Assembly (NCBI GenBank): GCA_025594325.1
Contig: JANHCV010000006.1
Coordinates: 1,116,001-1,180,000 of the forward strand
From: Blastocladiella emersonii ATCC 22665
Taxonomy: Eukaryota > Fungi > Blastocladiomycota
Direction: 5' to 3'
DNA: 64,000 nt
Shown: positions 37,567 through 47,026 of the stretch, one piece after another
Position numbering within the stretch: the stretch's first letter is position 1
How the letters are laid out: the number at the start of each line of letters is the position of its first letter
Made by a program: the position numbers and the translations under genes
Notes under the pieces: generated by a model
Databases searched by the model: none
Told to the model about the DNA's origin: nothing
Seen by the model: the letters and a program-made list of their open reading frames with translations, nothing else

Positions 37567-40462
37567 TTAATCTTGAATGATATTTACATCCAGCAGGACA
37601 ATCACGGTGAGCTCAAACCACCCACTTTCACCCGAGCCAGTTGTTGAAGACTGCTGCGTGATCTCGACACGCCCACCCGCGCGCTGCACCATCTTGACGA
37701 GTGCCGCGTACGTGAGACTGACGTTACCGAACTCAGACCCGCGCGACCCGAGAGTCAGGTTGAGACCGTCGTTGAGCTGTTGAAGTGCGGATGCTGACGA
37801 GCTTGCACGACTGAGACTGACAGAGAGCTTGAACTCGGCCAAAGTCGTTGAGGAACGTCGCGAGGCTTCTGCCGTTGCAGGGGATGCCATCGTCGCCGCG
37901 ATCCGACACTGCGCCTGCGGCTCGGCGAGCTTGACTGCAACCTCGACGGCCTTGGTCACGATGGCTGCGAGCGCACTGGGCGAAGCCGCAGGAACCGGGC
38001 GCGAGCCAAGGGCGGCGAGATCGACGGCCACGTCCAGCGCTCGGGCGTTGATCTTGCTCCGCCGCAGCTCGAGCGCGCTCTCGATGACGCGGCCCACAAA
38101 CTCGGCCAGAGTTCCACTGCCGACCTCTACACGGTCAACGGGACACGGCATCTCGACGCCCGAGTACCCGGCCACGTCGTTGAGCGTGTCGACGACGTGC
38201 CACGCGGCCTCGCACGCATCGTCGAGCTCGCCACGAGCCGCGTCCTTGGCATTTGCTGAATTGAGGTCGACGACCATGTCCTGCGCGTCCTCGTACACGC
38301 TGCCGACGACGAGCTGGAGCAGCCGACGGCGTGCGCGGGCCGACTCGGCCGCGGAACGCTGGAGGCCGGCAGCTTTGCGCATGTGCTCGACACGCTCCGA
38401 AATATCGTGGAACAGGACCACCTGGGCGAGTCGGCGGCGCAGTGGGATCTCGGGCTGCGCGGCGCCGGGCGGTGGAGTGGTGGCAGTGGTCATGGTCCGC
38501 TCGGTGCTGTCCTCGACGGCGCTGACTGAGAGCTGGATCGCGAGCGTGGAACCGTCACGGCGCAGGACGAGGCCGTCGTGCGTACCCGACACGAGCGTAG
38601 AAGGGCTTCGAAAAGAAGTGGCTGCGGCAGAAAGGTGTGGGCTAGACGCTGTGGAGGTTGATCCAGCGAGCGAATGCTGAGAGCGGCGACCGCGCAGCGT
38701 CGAGACCGAGGAGCGAAGGCTAGAGCCAGATGAGGCCGTAGCCTCGACGCCGTCCTCATCGAAAGTCGCAGAGAAATGCTCGTTCGGCTCGGCAGTGTTG
38801 ATGGGCTGCACGCTGAGCACGGCGGAAACGTGAACACGGTCGAGCTGGCCCATGGAGTAGCCGGCCATCTCAAGCGCGGCGTCGTTGGCGCCCATGATAA
38901 GCCCGTCGCTGTCAAGTAAGACCATCCCGTCGGGGATGGCCTGCGTGATGGCCTTCGAGTAGTCGCGCAGCGTGTCGAGCAGCCGCTCCTGCGCGCGCAC
39001 GCGGCGAAGCGTCTGCTGCGACGCGACCACTCGCTTGAGCCCGCGGCGGGCCAGCTCGGCGGCCACGATGGACACCGCGGTCACGATCGCGAAGAGCACC
39101 CACGGCCACACGGTGCCGTACTGGTGGCGGTAGGCCTTGGTCGGGATGCACTCGACGCGCCACGGATCGAGGCCCTTGACGACGAACGGCAGCACGTACG
39201 TCTCGTGCGTCGCGAGCGACTCGGGCGTGAGCGTCGAGTTGTTGGCACCAGCTCTCGTACTGGCCGGGTCGTAGATAAATACGGGCTCGGGGTAGCCTGG
39301 ATAGTGCATGCGTAGGGCAAAGGCGTTGCGCTTCAGGTCGTCGTTGGCGCGAAATGCGCTGAGCAGCGTGTTGGTAAACAAGTCGTGGAGGTTGAGACCG
39401 ACCGAGACGACCCAGCGCGTGAAGGGCGTCAAAGGTGTTGGATCGCGAGGGGCGACGTTCATGTACAAGCTGACGCCGAGCTTGTGGTTATCGAGGAACA
39501 GCATAGGCGTGCTCGACGTCCAGTGGTTGGAGTTGATGGTGTCGAGGATCGGCTTGCGGCGGAGATCGTCGGTCAGCAGGCTCCAGCCGACACCGCGACT
39601 TGTACTACCGTCGCCGGCCCACCTGGAGCGCGATGGGAAACGACTCGTGAGCTCAGGTCGTCTCGACACGTGCAATCAATCACGTACAGGTAGACGCCGA
39701 CACACATGATCGTGTCGTTCTCGGCGAGGTTATCCGGGTTCGACCAAATCGTCAAGTTGTACCATCGCTCGAGCTCGCCGGCCTGGGCCTTGTCAATCAC
39801 CGCGGCGAGCATCATGCGGTAGAAGAGGTTGCGGTCGAATGAAGAGCGCGTGCCGTACTGGCCAAGACGCTCTACAAAAGCGTGCAGGATAGTGTCAGTC
39901 GTTACTCGAACTGGTGAGCAGTCCAGCGCGCTCGTACCCAAAGAGAGGTCACTCGTGGCATGCGCAAACGAGGCGAGATTGGTGAGGTACTGGATCGAGC
40001 GCACGGCGAACACGGTCTCCAATGAGCGAACGCTGACCTGGCAAGTGTTGGTGAAGTCGCGCAAGAAGGTCTTCCGCTCGATGGAGCGGAACCACAGGCT
40101 CAATCCGAGAGCAGCCGCTGCATACGCGGCGCGATGCGAGGTCAGCGTGGAGTACGCGTTGCTGACTAGCGTCACGCAAAGGTACCGAGGCCGATCAGCA
40201 GTACGAGGGACATGCCGACGGCGGGCAGCGTATGCGGCGAGCGGGCGGAGCGGCGGCCGAGGCGACCAAGCCATGCGATCGGGCGACCGCGGTACCGGCG
40301 CCAGTTGAAAGGGCCCGAGGTCACGGTATCGTGAAGCGACGGTCGGCCGGCATCGCTGGTCGCAAGTTCACCAGGCGCGTCCGAATGTGCGAGGGTCCAC
40401 AGGTCGAGGCCAGTGAGTGGTGCGCGGTTCTCCTCACCAGCTGAACGGTTCGTCGTTGACAT
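37567..40462 (-). CDS. TM-CHASE-TM-PAS receptor with a degenerate HisKA/HATPase module and no receiver; exons 40462-40186, 40117-39706, 39622-37567 (~914 aa)
   Basis: TM1 VGMSLVLLIGLAAALGLSLWF; CHASE-like GWSLLTDDLRRKPILDTINS...LYMNV; TM2 WPWVLFAIVTAVSIVAAELA; PAS AIPDGMVLLDSDGLIMGANDAALEMAGY...RRDGSTLAIQLSVS...FHDISER; HATPase-like tail MVQRAGGRVEI...G.G..F. Introns 40118-40185 and 39623-39705. Confidence 0.8.
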
Positions 40463-41224
40463 GAATGGGTGAATGCATCAAGCGCCGAAGCAATCAAGCG
40501 CGCGGAACAAGCATTAGATGGCAGTGCTCGCGAGAAATCGGGTGCGGCGGGACGGGCACGGCGGCTGGCGCACCGCGTCGCTCATCGGCAGCGGCCCACA
40601 TGACTGCGGAGTCCGCACAAGGGCGATCAAGCGAGAGCTCTGCTCTCTCCGCACCAACCACGGCGAGCTTGACGTTCACATGGAAACACCAAGTAACTTG
40701 CTGAAACTATGAGCTCGAGGGAAGGTCTGCTGCCGGCATGGCTCGCTGAGCAAGGCGAGCCGGTCGACGGTACCCGGCTTGGCCTCGCGCGCGACCACGC
40801 TTCTACCCATCGCCACCGCATCGAACGGATCCCGACGCGACGGCGTGTTGAGCAGGCCGCCTTGTCTGGAACCGGTGCTATGCAGGCTGAGCAACACACA
40901 TTAGTTTCATGAATGGGCTGAAAAGCCGCACCCATTGGCAGGTTGACTGATTAGCATCGCGTGAGAGAGTGGCAGAGAACGCGCTGGTCATGAATCTGCG
41001 GACTAGCAACTAGCCGCGCCGCTCGAGATTGGGTCGCTGAGACCTCGCGGCACGTCGCCGTCTCGCGGACCGCTGCCTGGGCTCTCACTCCGGGTCTTCC
41101 CTCCGCGACCTGACTTCGGAGCTCAGTGTTGGACGTGAAGCTCATCTCCGCCGACTCGTGTGATTCATGATATAAACAATCGCATGCATTCATGACACAA
41201 AAATTCGGCAATCAACGCGGGAGG

Positions 41225-42560
41225 TTACATGCCGACGATCGGGATCGCCGTCTGGCGCAGACTCGCGCCCGCGTCCTGCGTCATACCGTCCGCCGACGTG
41301 TGCATCTTGCCGCCGCCGCCGCCGGCGGCAAACTCGGCGTCGGTGAGCTTGGGCAGGACGGCGACCGGGTACGCGTGCGTGAGGCCGTCGCGATGGCCCT
41401 TGTTGACCTCGACACGCAGCTCGAGCGTGAGCGTGCCCGCCATGGCGCCGCGCGGCTCGACCGAGCACCAGTTGCGCCGCCCCATGAGCGCACGCTGGTC
41501 GGACGGCAGCTTGTGCGTCGGCTCGCTCGCGTCCACGTCGAACGGCGCGAGCATCGCCTCGGTCAGCAAGTCGCCCGACTCCCCCGAAACGGCGAGCGGC
41601 TTGGCGACGGCATGCAGCGCGCGGATCACGATACCCGGCGGAGGGATGTTGCCGATCGCCGACGAGATGATCTGCGTCATGTGCGCCGGGTGCGTGAGCC
41701 ACTGGTCCGCGGGCACCGACGACGGGAAGATGTGGCCCGCGCCGCCGCAGTGCACGTCGCCCGAGACGAGCGTGATGCGTAGGTTGCCGCGCTCGCGCGC
41801 GATGCGGCCGAGCATGTCGAGCGTGGCGTTGCGCTCGGCGACGTGGTTCGCCGACGTCCAGTGATCATTCAGATCGTCAAGCAGCTCGGGCTCGCCAAGC
41901 GAGTTGACGATCGTCTTGAACGCGCCCGACTTCTTGAGGTACGAGAACCACGGCATCTTGCCCGCGACGTGCCCGACGGCGTTGGCCGCGATGCCGGCGA
42001 CCGAGATGACCGACTCGGCGTGCAGGCGCGGGTACACCATGGGCACCGTGGCGCACACGAACAGGTGGCGCGTTGACGGCGCGAGCTGCGTGCGCAGGGC
42101 CTCCTCGATGAGCGTCCACGACCCGCCCGACACGAGCGTGTCGACGGACCGCTCGGTGCGCGTGTCGATGAGCAGCGCCGCGTTGTGCGGGCCCATCTGA
42201 CGGACCGCCGAGTGGCCGCCACGGTCGACGCCCAAATACCCGTCGGCGGTGCGGGCGCGCGCGAGCGTCGTGTGGTGCTGGAACAGCAGGTAGAAGCGCT
42301 GCGCGGCAATGAACAGGCCGCGGAACACGGGCGACGCCTGCAGGTAGCCCGGGTACGACCCGAACCCGTCAAAAATGTCGTGGTCGTCCCAGACGAACAT
42401 GGACGGGATCGAGGCGAGCGCATCCGCAAACCCGTCCTTGGCGAAATAGTGGAGGTACTGCGCGAAATAGAAGCCGTGGGCGGCGTCGTTCATGGCGCGC
42501 GTGAGCGGCGCCGTCGCCTTGGCGTCCTTGTGCTTGAGCGCGATTCCACGCGCTGGCAGT
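41225..42560 (-). CDS. PhoD-like alkaline phosphatase D family protein (fungal PhoD_2 type); N-terminal part not found, possibly a 5'-truncated pseudogene
   Basis: IPSMFVWDDHDIFDGFGSY, LLIDTRTER, LDDLNDHW, LVSGDVH and QIISSAIGN match PhoD metal-binding segments; the frame has a stop just upstream of ~42580. Confidence 0.8.
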
Positions 42561-43103
42561 TCAAGACCATGGGAGAGTTTCGCCGTCTACGCATGTCGTT
42601 TTGTCCAAAGAACTTGCCAAAAGCCGGTAGCATGCTACGGCAGGACGGCGGCGGCAGCGGAGAGTGGTGTTCTGGGACCTGTCGGGAAGGACGCGTTGCG
42701 CCACTCACGTGTTGTGAACCTCCAAGCATGCGAACGCCAGCCACATCACGTTTCAAATCACACTTCCTTTTTTCTTGCAGAGATCACCGTCAGGTGATGC
42801 CAAGTGAGCTGGAATGGAAGGGTGTATGCGCTTCCATGCTGTCAACCATGCGACCTCGAAGCCTTAACGCGGACCCCAAGTCGCTTCGCGCTCCAGTCCT
42901 CCCTCCCTTGAAGACAAACTCGCCCTACTCTGACACCAAACCGCAAGCTCGCTAGGCTTGCAAACTACTTCGAACAAGGACTTCACCAATAGCCCGTAGG
43001 TACGCGTCCTTCACGCTGCCGCGTTTGCTGCCCAGTCAGCTCGTATTCAGGTCCGCATCAGCTCACCCAATTGTACTTTCACCTTCTCCAGCAACTAAGC
43101 TGA

Positions 43104-43503
43104 ATGGCGCAACTTTCGGGAGACTCGGTACAGCATCAGCATCAGCATCAGCATCAGCATCAGCATCAGCGTAACGAGGCACCACCCTCGTACCAGCCCA
43201 TCAGCGTTCCAAGGCCATTGCAACCTCATCATGGTGTCGCCATCAATGTCCCGGATCCGTGTGGCGGCTGGAGCCCAGCCTCAAGTGACCGCGGTTTGCA
43301 CTACCCAGGTGGTCGTTTCCAGATGGGGTCGCCCCGTCGATTGCTGCACGATCCTCTTCCTGGCCGTGGTCATCGTTGGAATGCTCGGCTACATCCACTC
43401 GTACATTCAGTCGGAGTTCATCCTCGCGATTCTTTTTGGCTCCCTGTGTGTCATAGCGATCATCCTCGTGGCCTCCGGTTTCCGTTTGTGTCCAACAGCA
43501 TAG
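43104..43503 (+). CDS. Small (~111 aa) protein with a QH repeat, a PPSY motif and two C-terminal TM helices; inferred intron 43259-43322
   Basis: Joining ORF 43104 (phase-2 GTGTGG) to TTTCCAG gives ...NVPDPWGRPVDCCTILFLAVVIVGMLGY...FILAILFGSLCVIAIILVASGF; the intron is 64 nt, typical here. Confidence 0.5.
43131..43170 (+). repeat. (CAGCAT)6 hexanucleotide microsatellite encoding QHQHQH
   Basis: Read directly. Confidence 0.95.
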
Positions 43504-44441
43504 ACTGATGTTTCTCGAGCCTCAACAGTCTTGATCAATATACACTTGTAAGAGCTGCATCGCCCGGAACTTTCGTTTCAATGAATCATTCGGAGCGTTC
43601 ATGGTTCACCAATGCGAAAGTAGGGCCACGACGACCAATAGATGTAACGACACTTGGATTTTCTGTTGAAGGTCCTTTTGGCGCAGTTGAGCGCCGATCT
43701 GACCGGCCAATTTCAGCGCAGGCGACGCTTGGAGAGCGCGCGTGGCGGAACGGCGTCAGCTTCGCCTCCGCGTCGACCTGTTGGTGCCGTTCGACATGAC
43801 CCGAGTCCGATCTGGCTTCAGTACGCGCACTCAATCAAGGTCGTCATCCGTCACACATCGTTCTTCGCTATTCATTGATGCTTGACCTGATGTGGTCTCA
43901 ACTCAGCATGTCAACCAACTCCGGACGGGATTGACTATGCATGATGAATCGTCGGCCACGCGCAGCAGGAAATGACTCTGAGTGCACTCCATCACCTCCG
44001 CATCTGGTGACGGGTGGCTCACTTGGTACATGCGCATGCGCATCCGCACGCGCGGACCAGGAAGAGTTGAAGAATATGCTGGGCGCGTCCCCACTCTCTC
44101 CGACGACTCATCCGTTGCGTCGAACCGGTTCACCGCCCCCAGCAAGTCTTCAATTGTCAGACCGCTTCGCTACGCGTCCGAGTTGGGGCGATGACTTGCC
44201 CGAGTTCTAACTAATCTACGGTCACACAGTTGCAGCGACTAAACGTAGACACGCTCTTGCAGGGGTGGCTCTTGTTGGACTCGCATCTCGACGCGTCGCG
44301 CCACGTCGGCCGCGTTCACCTCGCGCAGCGACAGCGGCAGATTCCGAGTCAGCGCCATTTGAGCGAGGATGAGAGAAACAGACGGCAAGGAAGAGATAAA
44401 CGTATATACAATCGGTCAAGTCGCGCCTCCAACAAGCGCAG

Positions 44442-46736
44442 CTACTCTTCAGCAATCAGGCTGAGCGCACGGTTCATGATCGCCTGGTGCACCTCCAGCT
44501 CGGTCAACTCCGGACGCTCGGTCTCCGTGGCCGAGGACTCCGACTCGCGGCGCAGGCCGTCAAGGAACGAGCCGTCTGCGCGGTTGATGGCTGCGATCGT
44601 CCAAACCATCATGTCGTCAATCGTTTGCACGCAACGACCGTTGCCATGCTTGTCAGTGTTGGGGACCAGCCAGTAGTCGCCCACCACGTCGCGCCTCCGA
44701 AGCACGCCCTTGATGCACTCCTTGGCGGCGGGCGGGAGGTTCGGCAAAACCGGTCCGTGGTTTGGGATGCCAGCGAAGCGGAGCAGAATATCGAGAGTCG
44801 AGCGCCACTCGACCTGTTGGACGAGGTTGCACTCGCCGCACGTCATACCGCCGTTCCCGTTCTCCTCGAGACCGGTTTTGAACACGTGGCGGCCAACACG
44901 GCCCTTGACCTGCGCCATGATCATGATGCCGAGGAACACGGGGCCAAGGCGACGATCGCAAATTTGCTTGACCAGGCCCCTGTCCAGATCCGGCGCGTTG
45001 ACCAGTGCAACGGGAAGCCACGCAAGTGCCTCGTACCCGTCCCAGTCGTAGCGTTCCTGGTCGCTCGGTGAGGCGGAAGTGTAAAGTTCAAGGAGGCGGC
45101 ACGCGCGCGTCACCATGGCCGGCAGAAAGTTGCTGCCGTCGCTGGGCTCGGTGAACATGGCGGCGAGACGGGCGCGGCGGCGAGCGGCGCGTCTCGGCTT
45201 CTCGCTCGCGACTACGACCTCGAGCATGTCGAGAAGCCCTTCGTTATCGCCGAGATGCCGCTGCGCAAACTCAAGTACGTCGCCCACATGGTCTTTCGAC
45301 TCGAGCGAGAAAAGGCCAAAGTCGCGCAGTACTACGAGATTGCGCACCGTCAGTGAACACGAATAGGGTAAGTACAAGAATTGCCGTGTACCGTCGATGA
45401 GCTTCGCGCCATTGTCTCGCCCAAGTCGCTCGACTGCGAGCTGAACGAGCGCGTTCGAGGCCGACGCTTCAGGGGCCAGGTTGAGAACGGCGAGCAAGAT
45501 CAGACCCCACGATTCCGTGTCCAAAAGTCCGTGGTCGTCGAGCACGCCAAGCGAAAGCAAGCCATCCCCTCGCTTGCACCAGTTAGCGATCAGGGTGGGA
45601 AGCTGAGCGCGGAACATGGCATCGTAATTGTTTGACGGCGAAGGCGTAGTATCCGGATCACCAGGCATCAAGTTCGGGAAGCGCTTGAGAACATGTGCAA
45701 AGACCTCGGGTGTCGACAGTTTGACCAGCCAGACCCACAGCGGGACGTCGCCGACCATACGCTTGTCCGAAGGCCAGGCGTGGTCCAGGATCCAGTCGAG
45801 GATTGGGATCACGTCACTCGCGGTCGGGCCAACCTCCTCGAGCTGGATAAATGCAATCAACATCGCGTCGTCGTTCTCGCAGAGCCCACGGAGCACATCA
45901 GTAAGAAGTACTTGATGGAGCGGGCTCCACAACATAAATTTAAAGGCGGGCCCGTTCCACGAGTAGAGCGAAGCGATCGCCATGAAGGTGGCAAAGTTGA
46001 GCGTCCATCCAACGTCGGGGGCCGCCTCAAGTGCTGGCAGCCACGGAAGGTCAAACATTTTGACCGTGGCAAACGCCCATGTCCCAAGCGGCGAGTAAAT
46101 GTACAAAAGCAAGCCCGCTTTGCAACACGTGTTCACAACAACGCGCTCCAGCATGTCACCGTCGCAGTAGCCCAAGGCGTAGATGTTTAGCTGGATGAGG
46201 GCATAGGCGGGCGCCGAGGTGAACAGCTTGATGTCTGCGCAATCGGGAGAAAACTCGTCGGTGACCAGCTTTTCGACACGAACAATGAGATCGCGATAGG
46301 GAAGGTTGAGCGAGCCGAGTCGACTGAGCGCGGGCTGCACCTCCTCGACGAGGCAGCTGATTGCGGTGTCGATGAGAGCATTGAGTCCAGGACGTTCGGG
46401 CAGCGCGACAAGTTTGTCGCCAGCGATATTTTCGAGCTCGAGGTAAGCACAGAGATTGGTGCGGACGTTTTGGAAGGCGTGGTCCATGTAAATCGCGCGG
46501 ACCGCGCCAGGCACCTTCAGCTCGCACAGGGTGTTGATCCAGGCGAGCTTGACGCGGCGGGAAGCCATGGCATCACAAAGCTCGCGGCTCGCCGTCACAA
46601 CGCGGTGGTGCGGCGCAACGAGCTGCAGGACCCGCTCGATGAGGCTCGACGGGAGCGCGGCCAGGCTGAGCGAGCTCGGGACATGCCCTGCCGTGTTTTG
46701 CGGCAACTCAGGAGCAGTTTCCATTCGATTCATCAT
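44442..46736 (-). CDS. Single-exon 764-aa hypothetical protein with an F-box-like N-terminus and a helical, Leu-rich body
   Basis: SLAALPSSLIERVLQLV resembles the F-box start; long ORF in a visibly more AT-rich segment. Confidence 0.6.
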   Translation of the reverse strand: MMNRMETAPELPQNTAGHVPSSLSLAALPSSLIERVLQLVAPHHRVVTASRELCDAMASRRVKLAWINTLCELKVPGAVRAIYMDHAFQNVRTNLCAYLELENIAGDKLVALPERPGLNALIDTAISCLVEEVQPALSRLGSLNLPYRDLIVRVEKLVTDEFSPDCADIKLFTSAPAYALIQLNIYALGYCDGDMLERVVVNTCCKAGLLLYIYSPLGTWAFATVKMFDLPWLPALEAAPDVGWTLNFATFMAIASLYSWNGPAFKFMLWSPLHQVLLTDVLRGLCENDDAMLIAFIQLEEVGPTASDVIPILDWILDHAWPSDKRMVGDVPLWVWLVKLSTPEVFAHVLKRFPNLMPGDPDTTPSPSNNYDAMFRAQLPTLIANWCKRGDGLLSLGVLDDHGLLDTESWGLILLAVLNLAPEASASNALVQLAVERLGRDNGAKLIDGTRQFLYLPYSCSLTVRNLVVLRDFGLFSLESKDHVGDVLEFAQRHLGDNEGLLDMLEVVVASEKPRRAARRRARLAAMFTEPSDGSNFLPAMVTRACRLLELYTSASPSDQERYDWDGYEALAWLPVALVNAPDLDRGLVKQICDRRLGPVFLGIMIMAQVKGRVGRHVFKTGLEENGNGGMTCGECNLVQQVEWRSTLDILLRFAGIPNHGPVLPNLPPAAKECIKGVLRRRDVVGDYWLVPNTDKHGNGRCVQTIDDMMVWTIAAINRADGSFLDGLRRESESSATETERPELTELEVHQAIMNRALSLIAEE

Positions 46737-47026
46737 GTGTGGGAATGTTCAGCGAAGAGAGGTGGCGGCCGAACGCGTTTCGTCAGAGTCATCGCCAGCA
46801 ATCGGCCGACCCGCCTGTCACTCCCATCACTACGCGTTGCGCCACACTCGTTCCCCGTCGACGAAATGACGCGCGTTGGGCAAGGGCAATGATAAAGCCG
46901 AGTAGAAGTTCAAGTTGCTACTCATGATTGACCATGAGCAGTTTGTAAACTCTGCGGCGAACAAGGCCCGCCACAATTGTATCAAGAGTTGAGAAACACG
47001 TCGAATCAACTACTCCGCCCGCGCCT

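Noticed and set aside
42560-42960. TPFH and MLGG fragments as possible missing PhoD exons
   Set aside because: They could not be spliced into a GGGDQxY-containing frame and are interrupted by stops.
32880-44400. Short ORFs in the intergenic stretches 32880-33900, 40470-41200 and 43510-44400
   Set aside because: No codon bias, motifs or consistent splice structure.
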